Both the position numbers and the translations under genes were made by a program. Positions 28,670-43,390 of a stretch of 64,000 bases of DNA are shown here, one piece after another. Under the pieces are notes generated by a model. It was not told the DNA's origin and searched no databases. It saw only the letters and a program-made list of their open reading frames with translations. The number at the start of each line of letters is the position of its first letter. The stretch's first letter is position 1. Location of the stretch: the NCBI GenBank assembly GCA_951406725.2, contig OX597825.1, positions 67,518,001 through 67,582,000 of the forward strand, in the 5' to 3' direction. Source of the stretch: Octopus vulgaris (taxonomy: Eukaryota).

Positions 28670-28885
28670 TATTTCTTTATTGCCCATAGAGGAGACCAAC
28701 AAGGACAGACAAACGGATTAAGTCGATTATATCTACTCCAGTGCGTAACTGGTACTTAATTTATCGACCCCGAAAGGATGAAAGGCAAAGTCGACCCCGG
28801 CGGAATTTGAACTCAGAACATAACGGCAGACAAAATACCGCTAAACATTTCGCGCAGCGTGCTAACCTTTCTGCCAGCTCGCCGT
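28670..28885 (-). mobile_element. SINE family D inserted in a family A head
   Basis: Family A sequence gagtgtctt...tactacagc resumes after the insert. Confidence 0.8.
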
Positions 28886-28974
28886 CTACTAGTGTCTTCT
28901 ACTACAGCTTTGAGCCGATCAAAGTTTTCAGAGTGGATTTGTTAAAACGGGAACTGAAAGGAGCCCGACGGGGA

Positions 28975-29067
<93 letters not shown>

Positions 29068-29501
29068 GTATATATGCATGTATGACATCATTCACTTTTA
29101 TTTGAAGATTTCTTGCCAGTAGAGAAAGAGTCAGTTTCTAACCTAGATCCAAGGCTCTTTCATGGTATGTATGTATGTATACGTGAATACATGTATGAAT
29201 AACATTTTATCTGTGCCCGTTCTCCACAATGCCTGACAAACGGTGCTGGTTTGTTTACGTCCCAGTTCGGGGGATGGGCATCGGGTTCACAAAAATATTG
29301 AATGGGATGGACTCATTCGACTAAATATCCCAAGTCCGTGCCTGACTATGGTTCCAGTCCAATGATAAAAGAAAAAAAACCGGCATACACTGAGTCCATC
29401 ATTCGTTTCCGAGGTTTTCTAATCCAAAGGCAACGCTGTAAATTCAGACATTACTGACATTACTATCTCGTTGCTTTGCGGTCATTACATACATAGGATA
29501 T

Positions 29502-29544
<43 letters not shown>

Positions 29545-29620
29545 TATATATATAATATATAATATATATAATATATATCTTATATATATATATATAAATA
29601 ATATATCTTGTGTATGTATG

Positions 29621-29692
<72 letters not shown>

Positions 29693-31391
29693 AGAGCATT
29701 ACCTGACGTATCTTCTGGGGTTTTTTAAGATAATAACGTTGGTTTAAGTGGGAACTGTTGGCTATCATGCATGTCACTCAAATACTAGGAGACTTTCAAG
29801 ATTTTCACTGAAGTCATTACATTTCTGATTTTGCACACCATGGGAAAATGTGAACAAAGTGCATTAATTTTTCCACGTGTGTGTGTGTATCTGTACGTGT
29901 ATATGTATGTATTTGCGTATATATATATATATATATGACATTTGGGTTAGGTATAGCGGTACTAGTAAGCAGTTGTTAGAATTCAACATACTTATGCTTT
30001 ATAGTAAAACTTTAAGAGAATACGGATAGCAACATCAAATAATGAATAGCAAAAAAGAAGACAGTTGTTTCCACTATAAGTAGCAGTGTCCTCAGAGCTG
30101 AGTACTTGTGCAACATCCTTTAGCTTCCTCGGAGCTATTAAGGCAATTACATAACTCTTGGATTTTGTCATTCATTAATCGCTATACATGTATGTGTATG
30201 TGTCTGTGTCTGTGTGTGTAGAGTGTTAGGGTGTGTATAGGAGTGTGATGGTGCGTATGTAAGTGTGAGGGTGTGTGTGCCTATTCTACAACGCCTGTTT
30301 CTGTATTTCTCATGAAATCGCTCGATTAGTTTTAAAAAGTTAAACTTGATATATGTACCTATGCTTAAGTCATGAATTTCTGGGAGCGCAACAGTGAAAA
30401 GCTAGAATTTACTTCCATCATTTTAACCTCACATCTGTATCAACTAAATTAAAATCTCTCCTAAATCATGTTTTATAATTATCTTCTCTCTCTGTTTCCT
30501 TAAGGAATATACTGATTAATGCATCTTCTTTCTATTCACAATTAACTTTTATAATTAATCCGTCAGCATACCTATAATAACTTATCACTAACAATATTTT
30601 GTTTCAAATATCTTTGAAATACTTTTAAAGCAGCGAGGTAATAAATAGAATCATTAGCATGCCGGGGGAAATATTGGTATTTTGTCCGTCTTCACTTTCT
30701 GAGTTTATCCTTTCCTGGTTAGTAAATTAAGTACCAGTTGAGCACTGGGGTCGATGTAATTGACTTAACCCCTCCCCCGAAATTCATATCATTGTACCAA
30801 AATTTGAAACCAGTACCTTTGAATTTCCTCCCGTATTATTTTAGCTCACATTATATCATTTTAACTCTATCACTGAAATAAGAACGAATTATTCCTCTCG
30901 CTTTATTCAGCTCTGTCTATTTTTGAAGTATTTCTACTTCACGTGTTAACAACTTTTAACATTTCCTTAAAGCCACATATTTAACTACATTTGAAGTAGG
31001 CGTTAACCATGTCTTAACTACGTGTTAACAGCGCATACATCCGGCCAGCCAGATTGTTGTATGTTTCTACACCATCTTGACTTTTTTCTTTAATATATAT
31101 TGAATGTTTGTCATTGACATGCGTGGTACCCCAAAGTATTGATACATACAAACATATGTGAGAGTGTGTGTATGTACTTGTGTATGGGAGATCTCTCAGG
31201 GTAAATAATGCACGATTCAGTGTTCTAACACTACATCCATATTAAGATTACATTTCGCCATTAATACGCTTCTGTCGCTATCAATTATTTACATATACGC
31301 GTATTTGTGTATAGTATATATGTATAAATATGCCTGAATGTATGTGTGGATAGGTGTATTTATATAGATATATTAACATATATATATGTTT

Positions 31392-31460
<69 letters not shown>

Positions 31461-33162
31461 GAGAGAGAAGTTACAACTTATGACTGGTCATAGAATGATC
31501 ATTGGTTTCGCACATATATAAGTCGCTTAGCAGTATAAGCAACTCGGCAGTTGCCAATACTTATTTATTTACTACCCACAAGGGGCTAAACACAGAGAGG
31601 ACAAACAAGGACAGACAAACGGATTAAGTCGATTACATCGACCCCAGTGAGTAACTGGTACTTAATTTATCGATCCCGAAAGGATGAAAGGCAAAGTCGA
31701 CCTCGGCTAAGCGTTTTTATAGGTGCAAAACCAATGGTCACAGACTATGACTGGGTATAACATTTAAGTTCCTAAAAAATACGTTGCTGCTCTAATGTTT
31801 TGGAGTCTGCTCCTTTTTCGGACATATGAACTACTGACGATGCCCACGCTGCCGCACTTGCCCTCACCTCTACAAAACCACCCTCCTCATAGGCACCCAT
31901 CAGCGACCCTGTCATATCCAATTTGATTCTGATATGTGATGTTGATAAGCCACAGAAATGACCGAACGTTAATGTCCATCGCTCCAGAATAGTATTCGGG
32001 GCGAATTGTTTCGCCTCTTTATGACTTAGGTGTTTTAACACCCGGTGCCCCACCTCGCTACATCGTACCCTACAGGCAAACAAGTAAGGCACGTATATTG
32101 AGCATTTGTAGCGGATAATGTCTACACGACTAGCGCTGCTTCTAATTAATATTTGAAATTCTTCAATGCTTGTTACGGGGACATCGTCGGGGCGTATCAG
32201 TAAGTGGTTTTTATACTATTTGTATATAGTCACGGACAGTTTTCTCAGTTTAAGATCTGATGATCAATGAAATTTAATTCTGTAATGTAACTGAAATCAA
32301 ATTTAAATGATATTCACGGTTCTATACTTAATGAAGGCATGAGTTTGGATTTGTCATTGAATCCCATTTCCATCCAAACCTTTATACTAATACCCGCACC
32401 AACTCTGTAGCCCTGTTTCAAATTAAAGAAACATGTATATGCTGTGGAGGATGGCTCTGAGCTCTTACGTAAGAGAACGAATTGTTTACAACTGCGCATA
32501 TGGTATTTCAGGCTCAAGGACTTATGTTTACGTTAGTAATGATTGAGGTTGAAGGAGTGATGACAATGAATATGCAATTCAGCATCATTACCTTCAAACC
32601 TGTAAATCCATAATTGAGTTAACAGCTGAAACTTAAACTTAAATCTATAAGTTTCTAATACATTCAACGAGGAGTAGAAGGAAGAGAAGAAAGTGCTGGA
32701 GTTATTGTATTGCAATCGACTTGTAAAGGAAATTGAACTACTTCAGTACATAAGGTGATTAATTATCTTGAAGAAGCAAAACTAGAAATGCAGCTTCAAA
32801 AATATAGGCCATTGTTAAATTTGAAGAAGTAACATTAGAAACTCTGTTAGAAAAACATAATTTTCAGTATGTATATATGTGTGCTGTTTTATTCTTTTTT
32901 TCCTTGGGGCTGGCTAGATTGGAGTAATCACGAGTATAACCAGCCGAAACTGCAAAGATGTCTTGGTAATGTTTTGGCTCCAGATGCAACCTACCGACTT
33001 CTACAGATGAGGTCTCCACAGCTGCATAACACGATGGGAGAAGTGTGTCACCATTGGCGGTGGCTATGTAGAGCAGGACTAATAATTGTGTCAATTTCGT
33101 TTATCCCATGCCTTGGAATATAGATCAGGGGAAATCTTTAATGAACACCTCTCATACATACA

Positions 33163-33195
<33 letters not shown>

Positions 33196-33479
33196 GTGCG
33201 TACGATTGTATATATGTATATGTATATATGTACGTATATATATGGGGGAGGTGTACATGTATATATATATATGTATACATGTATTCACACACGCACACAC
33301 GTATATGTGCCATGAACTGCAAGTTATTTCAGTTGATGACTGTGGAAAACGAAAGAGAGAATGAAAGAAACAGTAAAATAATATGAATGAAAGACACAGA
33401 AAGATATTATGTTAGTATGAGCATATGCCATTCAATTTATTTTATTTTATATATATAGATAGATCGTTATATATATGAT

Positions 33480-33670
33480 AGATCGTTAGCTCCTACACGC
33501 ATTTTTTCCTCTCCTTGTTTCTCTCCTTCTTTTTTTGTGAATATTTCTGTCGATGAGCGTAGGCTCGAAACGTAAAAGCCTTTCTATTCCTGAGCGCTAT
33601 ACAAATACATTTGTTTGTTTGTACTCCACCTGCCTTCGTCTTTTGTTTATTTCCGTAAACTTTCCCTTTA
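33480..33670 (+). mobile_element. short PLE-like element with minimal hammerhead-like motif (33544-33577)
   Basis: ttt CTGTCGA t GAGC gtag GCTC GAAAC GTA aaa; homolog at 38300-38500. Confidence 0.6.
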
Positions 33671-33679
33671 TATATATCA

Positions 33680-33928
33680 CCGCGATGACCGTGACCGACC
33701 AGGCCATCAGATGTTGTGACACATCGCTGGTCACAATGCGCTCCGCATTGTTTTAGCCTTCAAATGACGCCACCCCGCTGGCTAAGCGAGCAGGTCAAGA
33801 GAAGAAAGAGTGAGAGAAAGTTGTGGCGAAAGAGCTTTAGGTGTTTTCGCTCAATAAACACTCACAACGCCCCGTCTGGGAATCGAACCCGCGAGTCCGC
33901 TGCCCTAACCACTAGGCCATTACGCCTC

Positions 33929-33930
<2 letters not shown>
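33680..33930 (-). mobile_element. SINE: family C head with third tail type
   Basis: Tail gtgaccgaccagg...gacgccaccccgctggctaagcgagcagg shared with 39597-39890. Confidence 0.85.
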
Positions 33931-33998
<68 letters not shown>

Positions 33999-34264
33999 TA
34001 TTTGCACGTGTCTATGTGTGTGAAACTAAGTGGACTGAATTGGAAAGACATGGAAAATGTTTCAAAATATAAGACAATTACTGAAGTAAAGGAAGAAGTG
34101 AAAAGATAATTATGTTGCAAATACTGATGCAAAATATTCGAATAGGATGTGAAGATATATTAAAAGGAAATAATTTTAAGCAACGCAAAACCGCATTGTG
34201 AGTCCGACTGAAACTTGGCATTTGCAACACATTATCTTTAGGATCACGTGTTACCGTTTATGTG

Positions 34265-34317
<53 letters not shown>

Positions 34318-34690
34318 CAAAATGGGATAAGAATGCAAAACATCCGGACAGCGAGGTGATACAAAAAGGGACAACACAACATCCAGATAGACGATACAAA
34401 GAAAACAAGGACGGGTCATTGGAAACCCTTTTTCCTCAGTCGAGTGCCAGATTATCTTTGCAATTTCTGCTAGCGGGAGAATGTGAGTTAGGAGAATTAT
34501 ATTCAGTTTTGATGGGTAAAACCAATAACGAGTTTACAACGCCTATGTTATTAATAGCGAGTCAAAACTTAAATAAATACTAATAAAATGAAAAGTAAAT
34601 TTCTGCTAATTCATTTTTATGGCGTATTTCCCTGCTCTCACGCACGCACACACATATACACACAAACACAAATACGTGAAAGATATACGG

Positions 34691-34735
<45 letters not shown>

Positions 34736-34739
34736 AGAT

Positions 34740-34934
34740 TTTATTTTTCACCTGTTTCAGACATTAGACTGCGACCATGGTGGGGCACCGCTTTGAATTT
34801 TTAGGCGAACGAATCGACACCGATACTTATATTTTAAGCTTGGCACTTATTCTATCGGCCACCTTCGCAGAACTGCTAAGATACGGGGACATAAAACACG
34901 AACACCGCTAGTCAAGTGGTAATAGGAGGACAAG

Positions 34935-34971
<37 letters not shown>

Positions 34972-35155
34972 GTATACACATATATATACGACAAGCTTCT
35001 TTCAGTTTCCGTCTACCAAATTGACTCACAAGTTTTTGGTCTATCCACGTTTGCAGAAGAAGATACTTGCCTAAGATGCCATGGTGTGGGTCTGAATCCG
35101 GAATCATGTGGTTGGGTTGGGAAGTAAGCTCCATACCACACAGCCATTCGTGCGT
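34740..35155 (-). mobile_element. SINE family A, older copy
   Basis: Diverged family A with central (CA)n. Confidence 0.75.
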
Positions 35156-35162
35156 CTATATA

Positions 35163-35196
<34 letters not shown>

Positions 35197-35392
35197 CATA
35201 TATATGTATATATATATATCTATATGTATATATAAACATATAAATGCATATATATATATATATATCTATATGTATATATATACACATATATCTATATATA
35301 TATATGTATCTATATGTATCCATATACTTATATGTATCTATCTATATATATATATGTATATATATGTATATATATACATATATGTATCTATC

Positions 35393-35426
<34 letters not shown>

Positions 35427-35469
35427 TATGTACGTGTCCACGTGGTCCTTGTGTTATATACATATATAC

Positions 35470-35536
<67 letters not shown>

Positions 35537-35585
35537 CATATATATATATATACATATATATATACATATACATATATATATATAC

Positions 35586-35618
<33 letters not shown>

Positions 35619-35619
35619 C

Positions 35620-35673
<54 letters not shown>

Positions 35674-36454
35674 GTATATGTGTATATAACACAAGGACCA
35701 CGCGGACACGTACATATACACGTGTGTGAATGTGTGTTTACTGCTTTTATGTATATGAATAATTTAACTACATTTGATATAGTTTGTGTGTAAATTATGT
35801 GACATGCATGCATGTGTGTGTGGGCGTGTGTGTTGTGTTTGTATACGTACGTGTGTGGGAGATGGTAAACATATATCTAGTCAAACTTTAATCCTACACA
35901 TAGAATTAAAATCGATATTGTCAACAACAGGATATTAAAAATAGCCTTAAATATGACTTCATATTATCAAAAAAGAAAAAATATATATATATCAGCGGCT
36001 TTTTATTTACTTATCGTTATATTCGGTTTTTGGAGATATGCTAACTGAGAGGATTATATAATGCGAGGTAAAGAAAAAATGTAATGTTGTTAATATAAGC
36101 TGAGCACCATCTTGAACGGAAAACACACGTTTTACGTGAGGAGATAGAAAGAGAGAGAGAGAGAGAGAGAGGGGGCAGAGAGAGGGAGTGAAAGAAAGTG
36201 TTTGTATGTGTGAGGGGGAGAGAAAACAAGAGAGAGAACCATGGACACCTGTGTGTGCACAATCACACATGCTTGAAAGTGTATCCATATATGTAGTGGT
36301 CACCAACCTACGCAGTCATCCTCCCACATATAAAACAGATGTTTGAATATGCCTTTCTTTCTGATCCACTTGTACGTAATAAAACATATATATATATATA
36401 CAATAATACAAATAACAAATATATATACATACACATATATATATATATATATGC

Positions 36455-36488
<34 letters not shown>

Positions 36489-36499
36489 ATGCATTATAT

Positions 36500-36745
36500 G
36501 AGTACAGGACATCACCAATAGTAAACAACATGAGATACGAAAATAAATGGGTAAAATACGTAAACAATGAGAGGAGAAAATGGGAAACAGGACGAGTAAC
36601 ACTTCATCAGTTGTCGGCTGTCTATCTACTCCTCATTTCGAGCATTGAACGACAATATGAGTCTTCGAAGACAGTTGCTCCCATAAATACAACAATACAA
36701 TTTCGGATTTATGGAGGCTCAAAGTTGGGAACGAAAACAGGATAT
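36500..36745 (-). mobile_element. short TA-embedded interspersed repeat (homolog at ~53650-53910, opposite strand)
   Basis: Shared cttcat(c/g)agttgtcggctgtctatctact...gagcatt(g/c)aacgacaatatgagt. Confidence 0.7.
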
Positions 36746-36936
36746 GCATATATATATATATAAACATACATACATATATGTATGTATAGGCGGAAGAGTG
36801 GCCATGTGGTAAGAAGCTTGCGTCCTAACCACATGGTTCCGGGCTCATTCCCACTGCGTGGTACCTTCGAGGATTAGCCTCTGGCCCACCTAAGCCTTGG
36901 GAATGGATTAGAGAGACGGATATTGAAAGAAGCCCG

Positions 36937-37063
<127 letters not shown>

Positions 37064-37069
37064 CATACA

Positions 37070-37159
<90 letters not shown>

Positions 37160-37162
<3 letters not shown>

Positions 37163-37480
37163 GAGGTGGTATCAAAAGTTTCATGGACTAGTTATGTTGA
37201 ATAAAACATAGCTTATTTACCTAAGTTTTAACATCATTTCCTTCGAAATAGTCTTCTTGCCCAGCAATACACCAGCCCCAGCGTTCCTGCTGCTTTTGGA
37301 ATCCGGCCTGGGTGTCGTTTTCCATAAGCGAATCGAGGAATTTTGCGATTCGTGCTAGGTCTCGAAAACGCTTACAGTACGGCGATATTTGAGGTGCATT
37401 TTCATTTTGAGGAAGAGATGGAAGTCCGTATGTGCTAAATGTGACGAATAGGGTGAGTGCGGAAGCGATTCCATATTGTG
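37160..37480 (-). pseudogene. mariner 3' fragment with one TIR
   Basis: ta cgaggtggtatcaaaagtt TIR-like end; - strand encodes QERWGWCIAGQEDYFEG and LPHSPYS. Confidence 0.75.
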
Positions 37481-37834
37481 TTTGTCAAGAGTGAGGGGAG
37501 ATCGGTGACAAAGTGTTCCATTTTTGTCATTTTAAACATACGCTACACTTAGAGCCGCCTTAGGTTGGATCTACATTTTGTATTGAATCAGGTACTTATA
37601 TATGCATATATGTATGCATGTATCTATCTATTAGTTCAAGAGTACTTATATACGAATAGACGTGAGGATGTATATGTACCTCCTTCCAGCACATACCCAG
37701 TAAACGACAAGTGAATATCACACGTTCGGTACCATCCGGTTTTCCTGGCGTTCTATCCTTTTTAATACCCAGATTTCACAAATCCTGCAACTGAATACGT
37801 GTATATATATAGATGGCGTCGGTATTAAATCAAT

Positions 37835-37879
37835 GTACCTGATGAGACCCAGACTGATGGGTCGAAACATACGTTGGAT
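37835..37879 (+). ncRNA. type I hammerhead motif, intact core, weak stem I
   Basis: CTGATGA GACCC agactgat GGGTC GAAAC atac GTT; followed by aataaa and (CA)/(TA)n. Confidence 0.6.
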
Positions 37880-37975
37880 CTACGGATGACAACAGATCGC
37901 CTTAACTCTGCCAGTACTCTACTTAACATTTAAGCACTCTAATAAACTTATACTTGTTTGTCCAAAATATTTATT

Positions 37976-38066
<91 letters not shown>

Positions 38067-38299
38067 TCGGACAGTAACTAGGGTAACGTTAAGGTCAACA
38101 GTACATACCTACAAAAAAACATAGAGCACTAACTAACAAACATTTACGTCACTCAGTTGACCAAATGGACGAACCCTGGTGAAGCTTCCCCAACAATATT
38201 GCAAGGTTATATTTATAACGGTGAATAGTCGCTGCAGCGGAATCACGTGTAGGTCATTATAACGTTATATAAGAGTATAAATAAATAAATATATATAAA

Positions 38300-38500
38300 T
38301 AAATATCGCCATGCATTTTTTTTCTCTCCTTGTTTCTCTCCGTATTTCTTTTCTGTGTATCTTTCTGTTGAAGAGCGTAGGCTCGAAACGTAAAATACTT
38401 GTTTTATTTATATTCCTGAGCGTCATACTAATACAATTGTTTGTTTGTATTCCACCTGCCTTCGTATTTTGTTTATTTTCATAAAGCTTCGCGTTATAAA
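38300..38500 (+). mobile_element. short PLE-like element with minimal hammerhead-like motif (38362-38395)
   Basis: ttt CTGTTGA a GAGC gtag GCTC GAAAC GTA aaa. Confidence 0.6.
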
Positions 38501-38511
38501 TAAATATATAT

Positions 38512-39260
38512 ATCAAATGAAGTACAGCATTAATTGGTCTATAGTAAGGTATGCGAAACCATACAATATAATTTCCAGGAGATGCCGTCTCTGCTCCGAG
38601 GAATTTCTGTCTATTCTGTGGACTAACGAAAAGATAATTAATAGAATTTCTGAACGACTCTCGAGATGCCTACACGCATATAAATGAACTTTCGCACAAT
38701 ACAGTGAGAACGAATTTTGAGTAACCGTTAACTTAATTCACTTCAGGGAATGGATGACTTAAGTTTAGTTTTAACCTCCCCATTCTTATAAACACCATGT
38801 AGATAGCTAACATGCTTTGTGATCATGAGTGCAGCAAACCTCACGTGTGCGTATACTCACATTTTTCCTGATGCTTGTATGAGCGAGTGTCCTCGCGCCA
38901 TGCAGCTTACCCGAGGGCGTCTATACATCCATATCTGTTAACGGTTATTTTTAATACGTTTTTTTACTGGATAGCGTGTTCCTTTTTCTTTTGGTCATCT
39001 ATGCTTTTAGTTTTCATCTTCTATATAAATGATATTTCCTCCGTCTGTCTGATTTTCTCTCTACAGAACGTAAAGTTACATTGCGGGACAGTCATTTTAA
39101 CGAGTTATATTTATTTATTACTCAACGAATACATCTGCACCACCGGATGCTCCTGAACAGTCTTTGAGTGTCACACGCAAGAGGAATCGATGCTAGATGT
39201 GTCGAAACAATTGTCGTGATTAATAATAAATTCTAGAATACTCCTTCTGTCTTTCATTTG
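38512..39260 (+). mobile_element. 5'-truncated Penelope-like element (GIY-YIG C-terminus, 3' UTR, HHR-like motif 39141-39218)
   Basis: KYSINWSIVRYAKPY...CRLCSEE...IINRISE..SRCLH parallels the C-terminus of the 41141 ORF; GAAAC AATT GTC near the 3' end; TA flanks. Confidence 0.8.
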
Positions 39261-39596
39261 ATATATATATATATGTACTTATGTCGGTAATTGGTTCCGA
39301 GATATGCAAGTTGACTCGAAAAACGACATAACACGAAAGACTTTTAAAAACTTTATTAGCTTGCATAAGTTTGAATAAATGTCTTGTACGTATTTTCCTG
39401 TGTACATGATTTGATATTTCCGCTTCAGTATTGGATTTAGTGTATTAACTCATATGTTCGCTGTGACCGACGTAAAGTTGGACAAACTGACTAAAGTTGA
39501 GGTTTATTCGTTAAAAGCCGAAAAACAAATGACGTAAAATCGAAAAATATGTAACACAAAATTACGTAAGCTGAGGTATGCCAGTAGATATATATG

Positions 39597-39890
39597 TGAT
39601 CACGTGATCACGTGACCGACCAGACCATCAGATGTTGTTACACATCGCTGGTCACAATGCGTTCGCATTGTCTTAGCCTTCAAATGACGCCACCCCGCTG
39701 GCTAAGCGAGCAGGCCAACAGAAGAAAGAGTGGTGAAAGAGTACAGCAGGGATCACCACCCCTGCCGGAGCATCGTGAAGCTTTTAGGAGTTTTCGCTCA
39801 ATAAACACACACAACGCCCGGTCTGGGAATCGAAACCGCGATTCTGCGACCGCGAGTCCGCTGCCCTAACCACTGGGCCATTGCGCCTCC
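39597..39890 (-). mobile_element. SINE: family C head with third tail type
   Basis: Same architecture as 33680-33930. Confidence 0.85.
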
Positions 39891-40689
39891 GATATATATG
39901 TATACACATATATACATACGTGTGTATATGTGTGTGTCTGCATGTCTGTCTGTGTTTGTATGTGTGTGCGCGCCTCTGTGTGTATGTGCTTGTGTGTATG
40001 TATGTATGTATTTTTTCATGAGGGAGTGCATCATAAGTAGTTGTACTACTACTAGTTGGTCGTAGTTGGTATTTATCAATGTGGTTTACATCTCCTTGGT
40101 TGGTATTTAGATGCAAATGTTCGCTAGATCCTCTAGGTGCATTATTGAAACTTTACCGCATTTTGCTATTGTTTATGCGATGCATAAACTGCTCTAAATT
40201 AACATAGTTGTTTTTGGATACCTTCACGGTGTGTCGATTAATAATTGCATGATACCGATTAGATTTAGGGAAACACTTGTCCAAAGCAGCAAAAACTTTT
40301 CCAATGATCTTGGTTGAAAACATGCAAACCGCATCCTGATTCCTATTTTTTCATGAGGGAGGGGATAGAAAGTAGGAGGCAACACGTGGAATGGAAAACC
40401 GCTGAAGAGGTCAGATGACTTGTGTCGAACGATTTTCGGACATAGGGCATAAAATAAGAATAATAAATCTGAAGCAAAGAACGAATATACAGTGCGTGTG
40501 TTTATTTGGGAAAAAGAAAATTACCGCCCCGAAAAATAACAGTAATAAAAAATAATATCCTTTCAATTATAGACTTTCAATGTGTATATGTTTAGACATG
40601 AACACAACCACACGCACAACCATACACATACCCATAAGATGTAAAAGAGATGTATACATGCACAGACAAGCGCATATATATATATATAT

Positions 40690-40929
40690 ATATCGTCCGT
40701 TTTTCTGTCCCCTTTTCGTATACATTCGATCCTTTTTCCAAGAAATCTAATACTCGTAGCTTAGTTTTTCCTTGGGGCTGGCCGGATCGGAGCGATCTCA
40801 AGATTAATCAGCCGAAATTGCGAAGATGATCCGGTTCTTGACTGAAGATTGAAGGCTTCGAATGTCCCGTCCGTGTTTTTTGTATCGTCTTCTAAATGTT
40901 TTACGTTCTTGTCCCAGGTTGTATTTTTC

Positions 40930-40935
<6 letters not shown>
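40690..40935 (+). mobile_element. short TA-embedded interspersed repeat (relatives near 32890-32980 and 34315-34470)
   Basis: Shared ttttccttggggctggc...cagccgaaa(t/c)tgc and cccgtcc...tttgtatcgtct segments. Confidence 0.6.
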
Positions 40936-40974
<39 letters not shown>

Positions 40975-41140
40975 AAAAAAATAGGAAAAAAATAACAGTA
41001 CGAAAAGTAATAATTGCAACAATAATAATAATAATAACAATAATGAATGTCATAAAATAAATATAACCATAAGCCATGGAATTGTTAATAACAATAATAA
41101 CATAAATAGGAATGATTATGTTAGTAATAGGAATAATACC

Positions 41141-42022
41141 ATGAATATAAGTACAGTGAATAAGAGTAACAACATTATCAGCAACAACACTACACATCTG
41201 GATAGCAATATCGACAACAATACTAATAGCATCAACAATATCAGCAATGATAGTAGAGTTATAGAACCAAACGATAGTGTAGGAATACCGACAAATGATA
41301 ATACTACTTTAGAAGATAACATCAACTGCAATAATGATAACATTATTTTAGATAGCAGCTCCAATAATAATAATAATAATAATGAAAGTAGAGCTTTAGA
41401 ACCAAATGAAAATGTAGGAATACCTATAAATGATAATACTGTTTTAGATAATAATATTAACTACAATAATGATAGAGTTTTTTTAGATAATAACATTAAT
41501 CAAAATCATGATAAATTTACCCGCTCTGCTTCAAGCAACAGTAATATAAAACTTCTATCCTCAAAGTATTCCACCTCTAATTATAATGCCCCTAGATGTA
41601 ACTGCAGAATTAAATCAAAATGCCCGGCCCCTGATTTATGCGGGTTAATTAACATAATCTATAAGTGCTCCGTAACCACAGATAATAATAAGTTCTCTTA
41701 TGTTGGATGCACTGTAAATTTTAAACAGAGATTGAATAATCATCTCTCATCTTTTAGATTACGTCATAAGGCTGATAGCACTACTCTTTCTAGTAAAATT
41801 TGGGAACTAAAAAACAATAATATCAAATATAACCTAAATTGGGAATTAGTCAGAAGAGCAAAACCCTATAAAAATAGCAGAGTAGGCTGCCAACTTTGCT
41901 CCATGGAAGCATTTGAAATACTAATGTATAAAAATAATGGAGAAATTCAATTAAACAGTAGAATTGAACTTGGAAAATCTTGTATACATGCTCGGTTTAA
42001 GACTCTTAAATATTTTAAATGA
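41141..42022 (+). CDS. PLE-type GIY-YIG endonuclease with Cys/His motifs and Asn-rich N-terminus (frame open from 40985)
   Basis: CNCRIKSKCP..C, IIYKC...YVGCT..FKQRLNNH, STTLSSKIWELK, W..V..AKPY, CQLCSME, LNSRIE, CIH; no internal stops. Confidence 0.85.
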   Translation: MNISTVNKSNNIISNNTTHLDSNIDNNTNSINNISNDSRVIEPNDSVGIPTNDNTTLEDNINCNNDNIILDSSSNNNNNNNESRALEPNENVGIPINDNTVLDNNINYNNDRVFLDNNINQNHDKFTRSASSNSNIKLLSSKYSTSNYNAPRCNCRIKSKCPAPDLCGLINIIYKCSVTTDNNKFSYVGCTVNFKQRLNNHLSSFRLRHKADSTTLSSKIWELKNNNIKYNLNWELVRRAKPYKNSRVGCQLCSMEAFEILMYKNNGEIQLNSRIELGKSCIHARFKTLKYFK

Positions 42023-43302
42023 TATTTTAAATCATATCTCAATTGATAACTGTATACTGGAATCATTTTACATAAAATTCAATTTTGACTTACATATCAC
42101 TCCTACATAGTATATATTTAACTAGAAAGATAAGTTCTAACTAGATATGATTATAATTTTTTCTCTCTCTGATGGTACTATTTGATACTTATTGATTAAA
42201 TTATTTATTTGATTTATTTCTATTGGACCATATTATTAATAAATTAATTTTATCTCCATTTCTTAGTCTATTTTTTATCCCATTACAAATTTTAGTTAGT
42301 TAATTCTCTTAATTTCTTTTTTTAAACTTTTAAAATTAATTTCTGCTAATACCAGACCTATCATAGTGTATTGTGATGTGATATAATTTATCAAAATAAT
42401 ATAATATAATATAGTGTAGTGTATTATAGTTTAGTATAATAATAATATAATTGTTTAATTTAATATTTTCATTTAATAACATTATGTATGTTTTATAGTT
42501 TAGTATAATATTAATATAATAGTTTATTTTCATTTAAAAACAACCCCATTTTTCTTTCCTTTCTAATGACCTCTTTGTAACCTGACAATCTATTAATAGT
42601 AACATTTATGAATAAAGAAATAAATTGTTGACTTCAGTTCGAATTTGTTCCAAACAAACTTAGACTTTTTTGTTAGTATCAAATTGTGCCCATCCCCTTA
42701 GCTTCCCCTTTCCTTTCTCTTTGACAGCTTAAATAGCAGTAACTGATTAAATTCCTACCCCCTTCCTCCTCTTTCTGTGATTCTTGAATATTTCATTAAC
42801 TACCTGAACCACTACAATATAAGGCTGTCATTTTTGCTTCTCATTCGGACTCCCTGATATTTTCGCATGATTGTACCTTAAATCCCTCCACAAAACTGGA
42901 TTACGAACTATAAGGACATACACAAATTTTGTAAGTTCAAGACTTTTTCATCAGATCTCCAAAAAAATCGAACTTATCTGCGATTCTTGTTAATTTCAAT
43001 AACAATCTGTTCTTCTACACGACATGACAGTCACTATGTTTTTACTCAGACTTTCCTCTACATGATGTGGCAGTCACTTTGCCTCTTACTCGGATTTTCA
43101 GAAATTTTGCATGTCTGTATCCGAAAATTTCTTCATACAACTTGATCAAATATCCAATATGAGCTATATGTAGACATGCATAAATTCTATAGGTTTAAAA
43201 CCTTTCATCAGATCTCCATGAATCGAACTTTCTTCAATGCAGTTAATCCTACAACCTCTTTTATATCTACCCCTTTTGATGTTTGGGAATTCTCTGATAT
43301 TT

Positions 43303-43390
43303 TTTCGGCTGACGAGTACGAGCCATCTGTATTCACTGCATTTTTTGTAGCTTATTAAAGATGTCCTCGTACGAAACGATCGTACCGAGA
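43303..43390 (+). ncRNA. type I hammerhead ribozyme, canonical
   Basis: tttcgg CTGACGA GTACGAG...CTCGTAC GAAAC GATC GTA ccgaga; palindromic stem III, GUA triplet. Confidence 0.9.
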
